Below, piece after piece: positions 14,391 through 27,439 of a DNA stretch of 64,000 nt. This DNA comes from Somniosus microcephalus. Lineage: Eukaryota. A model generated the notes under the pieces. That model worked only from the letters and a program-made list of their open reading frames with translations. It was not told the DNA's origin and did not search any database. Location: assembly GCA_052327205.1 (NCBI GenBank), contig CM126204.1, positions 227,974,001 through 228,038,000 of the forward strand. Direction: 5' to 3'. Position numbers and translations under genes: made by a program. Position 1 is the stretch's first letter; each line of letters starts with the position of its first letter.

Positions 14391-14699
14391 AGAGTATTTA
14401 CTTTAACTTTAAATGACAGCACTGCCTTTTCATACCTGGAATGGGCATACTTGGATGATTGGGATAGCACAATAGTTTCACAATCAAAGATCCAGCAATA
14501 TTTGGGCAACTTATCACTTTTAATAAAGTCAGTTATTCTCCACATCAGGTCACAGATGTCAGGGAAAGACAACAATGCCCCAATTTCCATTCCCAAACAA
14601 CTTCATGAGGTTAAATGGGGTTTTCTTTCACTGCAACATGACTGGTGCTGTGTCTAACAGCAGCTAAACATCACTTCACATCCAGATGTCCAGTTTATA

Positions 14700-15030
14700 A
14701 AATAACAGAAAACGCTGGAAAAACTCAGCAGGCCAGGCAGCATCCGTGGAGAGAGAAACAGAGTCAACTCTTCATCAGAACTGGAAAAAGCTGGAGATGT
14801 AACAGATATTAAGCAGGTGCAGAGACGGGGGGGGGGGGGGGAAGAATTGATGGAACATACTGTACTTTTGTAAGAGGCAGGAAAGATAAAATGTTGCAAA
14901 TGGGAATGGCAAAAATCATACAGCATGAAAAATGGGGGCAGGGGTTATAGTTTGAAATTGTTGAACTCAATGTTGAGTCCAGAAGTCTGTAAAGTGCCTA
15001 ATTGAAAGACGAGGTGCTGTTCCTCGAGCA
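14700..15030 (-). mobile_element. Penelope-like element fragment
   Basis: EEQHLVFQLGTLQTSGLNIEFNNF (GIY-YIG C-terminus) plus the terminal segment shared with 54235-54300. Confidence 0.8.
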
Positions 15031-15439
15031 TAAAACCTGGTTCAGATATCACAACCTGCTCATGGAACAGGGACTTTATGAAAACTGTACAATGGATGTA
15101 AATTAACCTTTTAATAGTTAAAGGATGCCCCTTATACCACAAAAAAAATCTAACAGCAAAAGCCTGTATTCCAATTATTCACAGTAGGACGACCAAGACC
15201 GCAGACTGGAGAGAGATGTGGAATTAAATTCGAAGTAAACTCGCCATACTTCAACACTGATTAGGGCATGCTTTCATTTGTTCCAAAGTGATGAATGAAA
15301 GCCAATTCTACAAAGTGAAATAAAATGTACTATGTAACAAACTAGTTTAAATTCAAATATAAAAACAGAAAAAGAAACAGTTGCTGTTTCAAGTGTGATT
15401 CATCAGAACTCAACCAACCAACGGACTGCTGAATTATAT

Positions 15440-15915
15440 AGCCAAACCAAACACAAGACAGAAGAGGTCATCTTTAAACTGTGCAGTTCTCTGGTCAGAT
15501 GTCTGAGTTTTGATACTGAGACATAATGAAGTGCCTGAACATAGTGCAGAGGAGGGCTCGGAGAGTGATTTCTGGTGTCAGGGAACTGAGTTATAAGAGG
15601 AGGTTGCAGAAACTTTGGTTTTCAAGCTTCTGTTTAAGTGCTTAAGATGGATAGAAAAGGTAATTCCAAAACACGACTTCAATCTCAATTTTCAAAGAGG
15701 ACGCGGGGGCACAAGTCCAAACTAGTGAAATACAAAATTAGGACTGATGTGAACAAGTTCTTGTTTACACAAAAAGTAATCAATATGTGAGACAGACTTC
15801 CAAGTATATTAGTGGAAGCAAAAACTTGGAATCATTTCAGAAAATGCTGCATGTGGTGATGGGGAGGCTGGAGATTCTTTCTGGATGGACAAAACAAGAT
15901 GGCCAAAAGCCAGTC
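15440..15915 (+). mobile_element. Highly degraded CR1 3' fragment
   Basis: Residual similarity to the CR1 ORF2 C-terminus (gtgcagaggagggc, gggggcacaagtccaaact, ttcttgtttacacaaaaagt). Confidence 0.55.
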
Positions 15916-17244
15916 CTCGCCCATATCTACCCTGTGACAGGCTCCCAGATTATGAAGGGCGACATTGGAAATATGAGCCTCGCTCTTTCAGGATGCATTT
16001 ACACTACAAGCGTAGCCGTATGAAGAGTGGTTTTGACTGCAGACCGACATTAAACTTGCGTCATGCAAATTGGGCATTAACGCGCCAACCAGCTCCAAAG
16101 TGAAGTCCGCCATGCGGGCCTGTGACTCTGGATTCAGGTTGCATTGACATAATAACTGCAAAGAGAAGCCGCTTCACATCAACACTACAGATCTCGTATA
16201 AATGCATCTGCTGACACAGTATTTTATTTCAGATGGCATAATCATTTTTTTATTTCAATTTAAATTAAAATAACTCAGTACTTCAGGTTGCTAAATGAAA
16301 AAATAAACTTTCAAAATCGGAACACTGAAACTTCCAGAACACAAAAAAAATGCATTAAAAACACGACTGCATTGCCATGGGAACATCACATATCACAACT
16401 GATGAATGTGCCACAGCTGATTAAATCACTTGAGTCAGGCAGAGTTCATGATTAAAAGCTATCCTTGGAGAATGACATTTATGTCCTTCACTTTCATTGC
16501 TGTTCCCCTCATTTCCTTCTCTTCCATTTGTCCCCTCTTTCCTACCAGTCTCTCCCCACCTCCTTCACATTGCCTCAAGCATTCGCCCCTCCTCCTTAAC
16601 TCCCCCTTCCCCCCACCTCCTCCATCCTATTTGCCCTTACTTTCCTCTCAAAATCCCTTTGATTCTCATTTTTTTCTCTTTTTACCCCTCTCTCATATGT
16701 TTTAGCCAAGTGTAAGCAGGGAGAGGCAGTAACCTCTAGACTCCAACAACCTCCAGGCGGCAGCACCATGTCTCACTGGGGATTTGAGCAGACGTCTCGA
16801 AGCAGCAGGCTAATATGAAGTGAATTACCATCGCGTGGGGAAGATTAATGACTGAAATCACAGAGTTCATAGCTTGGGAAAAAAATGCATGAATTTCAGT
16901 CAATAAACAAACAACCAGCAGTGGCCAAGTTTTGTGCTTTCATCAGCCACATGGAGTCTAATGTATCACACAGCCATGTCCAGGGAGCAAATCAACATTC
17001 CATGAATTTGCCTTTATCTCAAGCTGCAGATCATAACAGATCTTCATGTTTTATTCAGCAACGAGGCAATAATGCCAAGAACAGTCCTTTGCAAATCTCC
17101 AGGCTCACTAAATTCAAACAGGACAAACCTCAGTTCATAAAAAATATAAAACGGCAATCTAAGTTGACTGCCTGACACTACAGCGATGGTTCACAGGCCC
17201 ACGGCTTGCACACTGGAGTAGTCGGCTCACTTCCATCTTCCAGC

Positions 17245-17550
17245 AGTGAGGATCTTTCCACTTGTGGGGGAGACCAGAACAAGAGGTCATAAATATATAA
17301 TAAATCCAACAGGGAATTCTTTACCCAGAGAGTGGTGAGAATGTGGAACTTGCTGCCACAAGAAGTAGTTGAGGCAAATAGCACAGACGCTTTTAAGGGG
17401 AAGCTAGATAAGTGAGTGAGAAAGGAATAGGAGGTTATGCTGGTAGGGTTAGATGAAGTAGGGTGGGAGGAGGCTCGTGTGGAGCATAAACAGCGGCATA
17501 GGCCAGTTGGGCCGAATGGCCTGTTTCTGTGCTGTAAATTCTATGTAATC
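17245..17550 (+). mobile_element. CR1 3' end fragment
   Basis: ttctttacccagagagtggtgagaatgtggaac; tail gggccgaatggcctgtttctgtgctgtaaattctatg. Confidence 0.8.
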
Positions 17551-17686
17551 TGCAGTCCCATACTCAACCATACATGCCTCACCAAGAAATGACAACAGCT
17601 ACAGAAAGTGGTGGTAGGCACATCCTTGAGCAAAGAAAACAACCTTACAAATATCTCCCAAGAGCACAAAAGAAAGAAAAACTTAC

Positions 17687-17913
17687 ATCTGAGTTCTTGT
17701 TGCTGCCGCCAGCAGGTGCAGGTGTTGGGATGACAGTTTTTGTAACGGGAGGTTTTCCATTCATCGTGCTACTGTTGGTAGGTGGAAGTACTCTCACTGG
17801 GACTGTGCCGATGCGGCTGGTTCCACCAGCAATGTTTATAACTGGATGGGAATTAACAAGACCTTGGGGCTGCAGCTGTACCACTGTGGGCTGAGGAACC
17901 ACAATAGGCTGAC
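17687..17913 (-). CDS. ATF6: ATF6 coding exon (equivalent to human exon 7, immediately before bZIP)
   Basis: tttcctgccttag|GT...GAT|gtaagt; GQPIVVPQPTVVQLQ...NGKPPVTKTV...NSD vs human GQTVLLSQPTVVQLQ...NGKLSVTKPV...GSD; phase 1 to 0. Confidence 0.93.
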
Positions 17914-19915
17914 CTAAGGCAGGAAACAAGGCAGGCAAGCATCACTGAACAAGCACAATTTTGTGACGCAGCAACTGTACCCTCAACTCCATCGCTTTGC
18001 ACATTGAGGCGTTCTATAAAAGGTATAATTAATCGGGACACTTCTGTAGTTATGTTCATCTAAATTAACGAAAAACCCAAGCCCATCACAACATTGTTAA
18101 TTTAAAAAAAACTGATCCAATAAAATAAATCTCACTTGAAAGCGTATTTCAGTTCAAGGCCATGCATTTGAGATTGTAAGCAACGGCTGAATTAATGCAT
18201 CCAAAATACCCAAGCTGGGCTCCCAATCCAAAACAAAAAACGAGCTACAAACCAATGTACCCAAGATTTACTCACATCAAAGACACATCTTTAAGTATGG
18301 AGTATGTTGCTTAATGTTTTGTGCACATTATTGTGACCTCCAAGATTGTGTAATACAGTCAGATATATTTTATCTCCTTAGGAAGCATTATCCCAATTTG
18401 CAAATTGCAGTAGTCAAAACTGTGAAAAGGCCCTACGTTTATTGAAGAAAAACCAATAAAAGAGTGCATACTTATTCCCCACCATCCTTTGAAAAAATCC
18501 CTCAATTCCTGAATCATTTGTTGCAAAATACAGGATATATGAAGCTGAAAACTAAGGTTTTCAGTTACTTGGGAAAAAAAAAATCCAGATTCTGCGTCAG
18601 TCACGAACACTGGAGAGCTTCACACCTCCCTTCAAAGTAGGTGAACATTTGCTGTGACAGTAGCATTCATGCTATGTAGCAATGTTTTGAAGAGAATCAA
18701 GTATTCAAGCATTAAGATGTCCACAGCATATTAGTTCCAGAATGGGAATTATATATTGGGTTTTAAAAGGGAAAAGAAGCATAGCTCAGTTTGACAATAA
18801 TCATCTTTCTGCACTGTAAATTTACTCTGGACTACATTCAAATTCCCTGCCCTCAGCACAGGTGCGGGCACAGGCTTTGACAAGCTTGAGGCAATGTCTC
18901 TGACGCGGGGGGAAAAAGCCTTGGAAATGTTAATGTTCCTGATAAATCCTTCCCATCTAAGAGAGCCTAATGGGTAGCCAAGCTGCTATTATTACCACTA
19001 AACTACTTCTTCAGAAGATAGTCTTTTTAAGATGGTCATTCCATGACTTTTGCGCTCAATGAATTTGCATTTACGACACCTTTTCAAATGCCATTCGGGT
19101 TCAAGGCCTCTTCTTGACTTGATGCTTCTCATTGAAGAGATTTGCATCAGATCTCAAACTGGGATAATTTGGCCATGTCTTCATGCTTTTTCTTCCATCA
19201 AATTCTTGTCGGGGGGCAGCCGTGATCAATGTAACTGAAAATCCTGAGTTGCACAATTTTGCGTATGTTGCCAAGTTTAGCAATTCAATCGACCATCTGT
19301 TTCTTGGCAACGCCATGTTCACCACCTTTGGGCATGGAGTCTGCTCACAGAGCTCCAATAATGCTGATCTTGTCATTAGGAAGACTGCATGTGTAGCAAG
19401 GGAGAATCCTCTCGTCTTCCTTTCCTCTACAAGCAATTAACACATAGCTTAAAGGAAGGGATAGATTCCAATTGCTTCTGTACTGGAATATAACATGTTT
19501 AAGGGGATGATTTCAACAATAAACGTTAAAACAGGGCAGTGATCCTTCCACTTCAAAACTCATGAGAATTTCTTGATTTGTTTGCATTTTCGAGTAGCCA
19601 TGGGCCTTGTAGCCAAGGAATAGGGAAGGGTCTCTATGGAAACCATTTTCCTGATTTGAGCAAGGTATAAAGATTTCAGCAATAGTAAGGTCTCTGAGTG
19701 AATCAGGTACAGCAGACTGCATCTGACCAATCTGAAGATTAACTCACAAGCAAACTTTACTCTTGATTCTCCTTCCTACCCCATCCCCTCCTCCACTCAA
19801 GCATCTAGGAGTGGGCCTCTTAACTCAATAAAAATTCAAGTGCTGGATTGACAATTGACAGCTTAACACAAATCAACATACTTCATGAATTGATACAAAG
19901 GTGTTGTGATGTCTT

Positions 19916-20415
19916 NNNNNNNNNNNNNNNNNNNNNNNNNNNNNNNNNNNNNNNNNNNNNNNNNNNNNNNNNNNNNNNNNNNNNNNNNNNNNNNNNNNNN
20001 NNNNNNNNNNNNNNNNNNNNNNNNNNNNNNNNNNNNNNNNNNNNNNNNNNNNNNNNNNNNNNNNNNNNNNNNNNNNNNNNNNNNNNNNNNNNNNNNNNNN
20101 NNNNNNNNNNNNNNNNNNNNNNNNNNNNNNNNNNNNNNNNNNNNNNNNNNNNNNNNNNNNNNNNNNNNNNNNNNNNNNNNNNNNNNNNNNNNNNNNNNNN
20201 NNNNNNNNNNNNNNNNNNNNNNNNNNNNNNNNNNNNNNNNNNNNNNNNNNNNNNNNNNNNNNNNNNNNNNNNNNNNNNNNNNNNNNNNNNNNNNNNNNNN
20301 NNNNNNNNNNNNNNNNNNNNNNNNNNNNNNNNNNNNNNNNNNNNNNNNNNNNNNNNNNNNNNNNNNNNNNNNNNNNNNNNNNNNNNNNNNNNNNNNNNNN
20401 NNNNNNNNNNNNNNN
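19916..20415. other. Assembly gap (500 N)
   Basis: Run of N. Confidence 1.
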
Positions 20416-20865
20416 CAGTCTCTCTCTCCCCCGCTCTCTTTCCCCCAGTCTCTCTCTCCCCCGCTCTCTTTCCCCCAGTCTCTCTCTCCCCCGCTCTCTT
20501 TCCCCCAGTCTCTCTCTCCCCCGCTCTCTTTCCCCAGTCTCTCTCTCCCCCGCTCTCTTTCCCCCAGTCTCTCTCTCCCCCACAGCCTCTCTCTCTCCCC
20601 CCCAGCCTCTCTCTCTCTCTCTCGCTTTCCCCCAGTCTCTCTCTCTCTCTCTCCCCCAGTCTCTCTCTCTCTTTCCCCCAGTCTCTCTCTCTTTCCCCCA
20701 GTCTCTCTCTCTCTTTCCCCCAGTCTCTCTCTCTCTCTTTCCCCCAGTCTCTCTCTCTCTCTTTCCCCCAGCCTCTCTCTCTCTTTCCCCCAGTCGCTCG
20801 CTCTCTCTCTTCCAACAACAACATGCCCTCAAAAAACCCTCGGCACCGCCGGGCACTTCAGCTAG
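20416..20865 (+). mobile_element. Helitron 3' end carrying a CT-rich minisatellite; 5' part lost in the gap
   Basis: Units of cagtctctctctcccccgctctctttcccc (~30 bp, then shorter variants); hairpin CTCGGC-acc-GCCGGG (20839-20853) 8 nt before CTAG (20862-20865), followed by T. Confidence 0.7.
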
Positions 20866-21570
20866 TACACAATAAATGGTAGGATACGGAGAAGTATAGA
20901 GAAACAGAGGGACCTGTGAGTGCATGTCCACAGATCCCTGAAGATAGCAGGATAGGTAGATACGGTGGTTAAAAAGGGATACAGGACACTTTCCTTTATT
21001 AGCCGAGGCATAAAATAGAAGAGCAGGGAGATTATCCTTGAACTGTATAAAACACTAGTTAGGCCACAGCTAGAGTACTGTGTACAGTTCTGGTCACCAC
21101 ATTACAGGTAAGATGTGATTAAGAGAGGGTACAAAGGAGATTTATGAGGATGTTGCCAGGACTGGAGAATTTTAGCTACGAGGAAAGATTGGATAGGCTG
21201 GGGTTGTTTTCTTTGGAACAGAGGAGGCCGAGGTCTATAAGATTATGAGTGGATAAGAAGGAGCTATTTCCCTTAGCAGAGAGGTCAATAACCAGGGGGC
21301 ATAGATTTAAAGTAATTGGTAGAAGGATTTGAGGGGAGTGGAGGAGAACGTTTTTCACCCAGAGGGATGTGGGGGTCTGGAACTCACTGCCTGAAAGGGT
21401 GGAGAGACAGAAACCCTCATCACAGTTAAAATGTACTTGGATATGCACTTGTAGTGCCATAACCTGCAAGGCTATGGACCAGTGGGATTAGGCTGGATAG
21501 CTATTTTTCGGCCGGCACAGACACAATGGCCAAATGGCCTCCTTCTGTGCTGTAAATTTCTATGATTCAG
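20866..21570 (+). mobile_element. Degraded CR1 3' fragment
   Basis: aggccacagctagagtactgtgtacagttctgg ([11 protein letters not shown]); CR1 tail at ~21530-21570. Confidence 0.85.
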
Positions 21571-22294
21571 TGGAAGTGGGTGAGTGGAGCCCACATATGC
21601 TGCTTCACAAAAATTACGTCTAATCAGCGCTCAAGTGCTAAAGCTGCAGATGTCTGTTTCAGCACCACCAGGCAAGTTCAAGTTATGGTAATCAACAATT
21701 AGGACCAAAATTGTGCGCTAAAACCGGACTTTCAAACAGACGTGTCTTATTAGCACAGCACCCTTTCACCAAAATAACTCCAAGTATCTCGAGTGCATTT
21801 GTTTTTATGCAATTCCTGCTGTGGAGTTTAAAAAGAAATCTGTACAGTCGTGATTTTATTTCTTAGTTCTTGCTACTGCTCTCCAAACCAAATACTAAAC
21901 CCAACTGATGTAAACATGTTCATAATATCTACCATATTGAGCACCTAATTAGTGCAAGATTTTTGATGGTGTAAATGGAAATGTCATCTCAGACTAGATA
22001 CCATTTCCAAAGATTGGGTTTACTTCAATTTCCTTCATCTCTCTTAATTGAAGTAAAGTTCTTCAATTAAATTGAATATTTTTAGCAGCTTAACTCATCA
22101 GGACACTGCATTCAAGGTACCATTTGATTACATCGCTTTGCAAATTACTGCATCACTCCTTACTGAAATAACCAACATTTAGCCAGACAAGATGATGGGA
22201 TTCAATCACTGAACCAAGCTGGAACTGACATTCCAAACACCTTTGCACTCAGCATTTAAACACTGAATGACAGGCTCCTCAACCTGCTGTCATC

Positions 22295-22860
22295 TCTCCT
22301 CTCAAAAAAAAACCTTCGACCCCCTCCATCCTTGCAAACTACAGCCCCATCTCCAACCACCACCCCTGCCACAGAACTGAAACTGCTCTTATCAAAATCT
22401 CAAATAACATCCTATGTGACTGTGACAATAGTAAACTATCCCTCCTTGTCCTTCTCCACCTGTCTGCAGCCTTTGACACGGTTGACCACACCATCTCCCT
22501 CCAACGCCTCTCCACCGTCGTCCAATGGTTGGGACTGTCCTCGCCTGGTCAGATTCTTATCTAAACAGTCGTAGCCAGAGAATCACCTGCAATGGCTCCT
22601 GCACCTTTACCTCTGGAATCCCCCAAGGATCTATCCTTGGACCCCTCCCATTTCTCATCTACATGCCGCCCATTGGCAATATCATCCAAAAGCACAGCAT
22701 CAGTTTCCACATGTATGCTGACAACATCCAGCTCTACCTCACCACCACCTCTCTCGACCCCTCCACTGTCTCTAAAATGGTCAGACTGGTTGCCCGACAT
22801 CCAGTCCTGGATGAGCAGAAATTTCCTTCAGCTAAATATTGGGAAGACCGAAGTCATTGG
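22295..22860 (+). mobile_element. L2 LINE RT fragment
   Basis: GIPQGSILGP...SFHMYADNIQLY; WMSRNFLQLNIGKTE. Confidence 0.85.
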
Positions 22861-22976
22861 CCCTGAATTTTCGATCAAAGACCACGGTCTGCAGAAAGGT
22901 GAATACATCAAGTTAAAGCTGTTCAGAGATACGTCTTCAGTAATCTTGGTTGCCCCCTCAGTGCCTGCCTCATTTG

Positions 22977-23200
22977 TGTATTGTTTTGTATTGTGGGTTC
23001 AATGACGACACATTCATGAAAGAGAATGTCTTTTACTCTAAAGTTTGTTCAACTATGTTAACAGCATTACAGGAGACACAATGTTAGAGATCCATCTTAA
23101 ACGAAACTAAAACTAAACTCTCTCTCTCACATGCCCTCTGCTGGTCAGGCATAAATAATCAAACAGGCAAATACCATCACTATTTGCTGATATCATTACA
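22977..23200 (-). repeat. Gypsy 3' LTR (224 bp)
   Basis: Direct repeat of 27454-27676 with only a handful of differences; adjacent PPT. Confidence 0.95.
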
Positions 23201-23533
23201 TCTCCCTTTCTTAAAACAAAAGTATTTTACTTTGATCTAACATGTTTTCTTTGTATTACTCTGCATTTTAACTGTAACACTTAATGAACTTACATTATCA
23301 TTATCATGATCAAGGTTTTTTAACCTTGTTTTGTGTGTTCACATGAAATATGTAAATACACTAGAACTTGAAGAAAGAATAAGATAACATTACTTCCTTC
23401 TATAACAATAGTCCTTAAACTTGCTCAATGAGTCTCTCAGGAGGCTTCACGTGTCTTGAGGATTTTCTGATTGATTGTCCTTGAATCTGAGTTGTTGCCT
23501 CAGATGATGGTTTCTCAGCTGTGTGATCAGGTA

Positions 23534-26473
23534 TCAGTATCTTTGACCTGCTGTGTGATCAGGTTGTTCAACAGTATCAGTCTTTTGACTTGCTGTGGCT
23601 GGTCCCATGAGAAGATCCCGACGATTTCTTCGCAGAACAGCACCCTCATCTGTCTGAATGGTGTATGATCTTGGTTGGACTTCACTCAGGACAGTTCCCT
23701 TCTGAGTCCATATGTTTGTTTTGTCTTTGATCCTTACTTGGTCACCAGTGTGGAGTTCAGGTAGGTTTTGTGTTCCTCTGTCATAGTCGTACTTTTGCTT
23801 TTCTTTCTGTTGTTCTTTGAACTTCCTCACTTTCTCCCCCTCTTTTGTTTTCAGGAGGTTCTCCGGGATGGGTAGGTTTGACCTTAGCAGACGTCCCATC
23901 AGGAGTTGGGCTGGTGACATACCACACTCGAGCGGCGTTGTGCGGTATACAAGCATGCTCTGGTAGAAGTCAGTTCCACTGTCTTTTGCCTTGTACATCA
24001 GTCTTTTCACTGTTTGGACCGATTTTTCCACTAGTCCATTAGACTGTGGAAAGTGAGGACTTGACGTTGTGTGGACAAAGTCCCACTCTTTGGCAAAGTG
24101 TCGGAAACTTGCATTGTAAAACTGGGGTCCGTTGTCTGTGAAGACCTCGCTTGCCACGCCATGTCTGGAGAATATGGCTTTCATACATGGTATCACAGCA
24201 TCTGCAGTGGTGGTGTACAGTCTACAAACCTCTGGATACAGGGAGTAATAGTCTGTGACTACAAGATAGTCCTTCCCTTGACATACGAATAGGTCAGCAC
24301 CTACCTTCTGGTAAGGTCTGTCTGGCGCTGGGTGTGGTTTTAGTGGTTCTACCGGATTGCTTGCTCGATATTTCAGGCATATTGTGCAGTTTGACACCTC
24401 ATTTGTCACATCTTGGTTGATTCGTGGCCAGTACATCACCTCTCGTGCTCTTTTCTTACACTTTTCGATTCCCAGATGTCCTCCAGGGATCCTTTTCAGC
24501 ATCTCTTTTCTCAGACTCTTTGGGATAACTATTTTACTTCCTTTGTAGATGATGTTTTCGACCACTGATAGTTCCGCCCTGCAGTTCCAGTACTCTGCCA
24601 TGTCAGGTGAGCAGTCTTGCTTCATGTTGGGCCATCCATCCAAGATGCTTTTCCTCAGTCGTCTCATTGTTTCATCTTTGTTTGTCTCAGTCTTTATGAG
24701 CTCCATTTTTGCATCTGCTATGGGCAGTGCACTTGTGATCATGTCCACGTAGGCGTTCATTTTTTCATCCATTTTGGTGTTTGCGGGCTCTCTTGGGTCA
24801 ACAGCTCTGGACAACGTGTCTGCTGTATACATCAGCTTACCCGGTGTGTACGCAACATTCAGTGTATAGCGTTGCAGCCTGATCATCATTCTTTGTATTC
24901 TAAGCGGACACCCATTTAGTGGCTTTTGGAACAATGCAATCAAGGGCTTATGGTCAGTCTCTACACCGATTGCTTGTCCTGACACAAACTGGTGAAATCT
25001 TTCACAGGCGTGTGTGATGCTGAGCAGCTCCTTTTCTATTTGAGCATATCGCGTCTCCGCGTCTGTCATTGAGCGCGATGCATATGCAATAGGTTGCCAG
25101 TAGTCATATTTTTGCAGAAGAACAGCACCGAGCCCACTCTGTGATGCATCTGATGATATCTTGATGGGTCTCGCTGGGTCATAAAACCTCAGAACTGGTT
25201 CCTCTGTGAGCAGTTTCTTTAGATCGCTCCATGACTTCTCATGTTCATGATTCCATTCCCATTCTATATTCTTTTCAGTTAGTCGTCTCAGTGGCGCCAT
25301 CTTTTCTGAGAGGTTGGATATGAATTTACCCATGTAGTTGATCATTCCATTAAACCTCTGCACGTCCTTTTTGCATTGTGGCTTTGGCATATTCTCAATG
25401 GCGGACACCTTTCTGGGATCTGGTCTGATGCCCTCACTGCTAAGGGTATCTCCCACGAATGTCAGTTCTGTCACCCCGAGCTGGCATTTCTCTCTATTCA
25501 GCTTCAGGTTTGTTTTCCTTGTTGCTTCCAGCACTTTCTTCAGTCTCTCGTCATGCTCAGTTCTCGTGGTTCCCCATACTATGATGTCATCCATTGATGT
25601 ATCAACTCCCTCCAGGTGCTCATAGATCATATGGATAGTTTTGTGATACACTTCAGGAGCTGAGGCAATGCCAAATGGTAACCTTAGGAATCTGTATCTG
25701 CCAAATGGACTGTTGAACGTGCACAGTCTTGAACTTGCCTCGTCCAGTTTCATCTGCCAAAATCCTGATGATGCATCTAACTTGCTGAAATACTTTGCAT
25801 TTGCAAACTGTGACATGATTTCCTCACGTGTAGGAAGCTTGAAGTGCTCTCTCTTTATTGCTCTGTTTAGATCCCTTGGATCCAGGCAAATTCTGAGCTT
25901 TCCATTCTTTTTGTCCACAACGACGAGGGAACTCACCCACTCAGTTGGCTCATCTATCTTCTGAATCACGTTCAGGCTTTCCATCCTGTCCAACTCTGCC
26001 TTCAGTTGCTTTTGAAGAGCAAACGGAACTTTTCTGCATGGATGTATGACCGTTGGCATACTTTTATCTACTCTGATCGTGTGTTCTCCTGGAAGGCAGC
26101 CTAGACCCTGAAATAGGTCGTTGTACTCTTTCATGAGTTCATCATTGACTGTCTCTCCTTCGCTTTCCACAACAAGGACTCTCTTTACCAGGTTCAGTCT
26201 CTCACAGGCTATTAAGCCTAGTATGGCCTGCACATCCTTTGGCACCACGATTAATGCTAGCATGTGCTCTCTGTCCTTGTGTGTCACTTTGACAATGCAT
26301 TTTCCTTTCACTGGTATATCAGTACCTGAGTATCCTGGCACTTTCACTTTTATTCCATGTATCTTTGGTCTGGGTCTAATTTTCTTAAAATCAGTCTCTG
26401 ATATCACATTAACTTGTGCTCCAGTATCCAATTTAAATGGAATGTGTATGTCATTCACTTTTAGTGTCAACAT
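23534..26473 (-). CDS. pol: Gypsy pol polyprotein (protease, RT, RNase H, integrase), 979 aa uninterrupted
   Basis: LDTGA, LPFG...SMDDII, DAS...YAQIEKE...TDHKPL, TDNGPQF...SNGLVE. Confidence 0.92.
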   Translation of the reverse strand: MLTLKVNDIHIPFKLDTGAQVNVISETDFKKIRPRPKIHGIKVKVPGYSGTDIPVKGKCIVKVTHKDREHMLALIVVPKDVQAILGLIACERLNLVKRVLVVESEGETVNDELMKEYNDLFQGLGCLPGEHTIRVDKSMPTVIHPCRKVPFALQKQLKAELDRMESLNVIQKIDEPTEWVSSLVVVDKKNGKLRICLDPRDLNRAIKREHFKLPTREEIMSQFANAKYFSKLDASSGFWQMKLDEASSRLCTFNSPFGRYRFLRLPFGIASAPEVYHKTIHMIYEHLEGVDTSMDDIIVWGTTRTEHDERLKKVLEATRKTNLKLNREKCQLGVTELTFVGDTLSSEGIRPDPRKVSAIENMPKPQCKKDVQRFNGMINYMGKFISNLSEKMAPLRRLTEKNIEWEWNHEHEKSWSDLKKLLTEEPVLRFYDPARPIKISSDASQSGLGAVLLQKYDYWQPIAYASRSMTDAETRYAQIEKELLSITHACERFHQFVSGQAIGVETDHKPLIALFQKPLNGCPLRIQRMMIRLQRYTLNVAYTPGKLMYTADTLSRAVDPREPANTKMDEKMNAYVDMITSALPIADAKMELIKTETNKDETMRRLRKSILDGWPNMKQDCSPDMAEYWNCRAELSVVENIIYKGSKIVIPKSLRKEMLKRIPGGHLGIEKCKKRAREVMYWPRINQDVTNEVSNCTICLKYRASNPVEPLKPHPAPDRPYQKVGADLFVCQGKDYLVVTDYYSLYPEVCRLYTTTADAVIPCMKAIFSRHGVASEVFTDNGPQFYNASFRHFAKEWDFVHTTSSPHFPQSNGLVEKSVQTVKRLMYKAKDSGTDFYQSMLVYRTTPLECGMSPAQLLMGRLLRSNLPIPENLLKTKEGEKVRKFKEQQKEKQKYDYDRGTQNLPELHTGDQVRIKDKTNIWTQKGTVLSEVQPRSYTIQTDEGAVLRRNRRDLLMGPATASQKTDTVEQPDHTAGQRY

Positions 26474-27328
26474 CCAGTCTCTTTTTTCTTTTCAGACACA
26501 ACATCCACATAGAACTCCTCTATCTCGCTTTCATCTACTGCATGGACCTTGCTTTGTTGCGCTTGGTTCTTACAGCAACGGGCATAATGGTTGTTTTTGT
26601 TGCAACTATTGCATGTTTTACCATATGCTGGACACTTTCTTGGCGGATGCTGTGCACCGCATCGACTACATGACTTTCGATTGCCCCTTTCATTTTTGTT
26701 CGCTGGCCACGCCTCTTTTTTCACATTGGCGCTTTTTGTTGAACGGTTTGTGTCCGTTCTTACTCACTGCATCCACGTTGCAGCTAGTCACTGAACAGCT
26801 CCTTTGCCTGCGACTTCACAGTCTCTGTAGCCCTACACAGTGCTATGGGCTTTTCCCAGGTCTAGATCTTGCTCTCTTAGCAGTCTTTCCCTTAGACCAT
26901 TATCTGGAATACCACACACCAGTCTGTCTTTTATCAGCGAGTCTGTCAGTCCCCCAAATTCACACGTTTTGCTTCTGTTTCTCAGTTCAGTCACATACTG
27001 ATCAATAGTCTCTCCCGTTTTCTGTACACGTGAAAAATCTGTGCCTCTCAAACGTCACGTTACGTTTAGGTATGCAGTAGGCCTCAAACTGTTCCATTAT
27101 TTTATCCAGCTTCATTTTGTCTCCATCAGCAGCGAATGTGAAGTTATTATACACCTCCAGCGCTTCATCACCCACGACATGTAATAACACTGACGCTTTC
27201 ATTTTATCACTTTTCTCGTCAGCTCCGATTGCCGCTAAATACAACTCCAAACGTTGTTTGAATCTCCTCCAATTTTCAGCCACATTACCTGTCAACTGAA
27301 GCTTCGCCGGTGGGTGTAAACCTTCCAT
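26467..27328 (-). pseudogene. gag: Gypsy gag, frameshifted
   Basis: NWRRFKQRLELY...FERHRF in three frames; zinc knuckles CSRCGAQH...C and CNSCNKNNHYARCC. Confidence 0.85.
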
Positions 27329-27439
27329 TTTTCACTTCGTTAGCTATTCTCCAATGGTAAGTAACGATGTTCTCTTTTGGCTTGCTAATATGTGGAGAGC
27401 TGATTTAACTTCAGATTTTTCCTCTTCGTCTCTTTCAAT

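Noticed and set aside
1-17600. Expected ATF6 bZIP exon (RQQRMIKNRESA)
   Set aside because: Not found by eye or in the ORF track; probably left of the window
18980-19440. Faint coding-like stretch, possibly a decayed transposase
   Set aside because: Multiple stops and no recognisable motif; needs TBLASTX/HMMER
19848-20931. ORFs spanning the gap
   Set aside because: Produced by Ns and CT repeats
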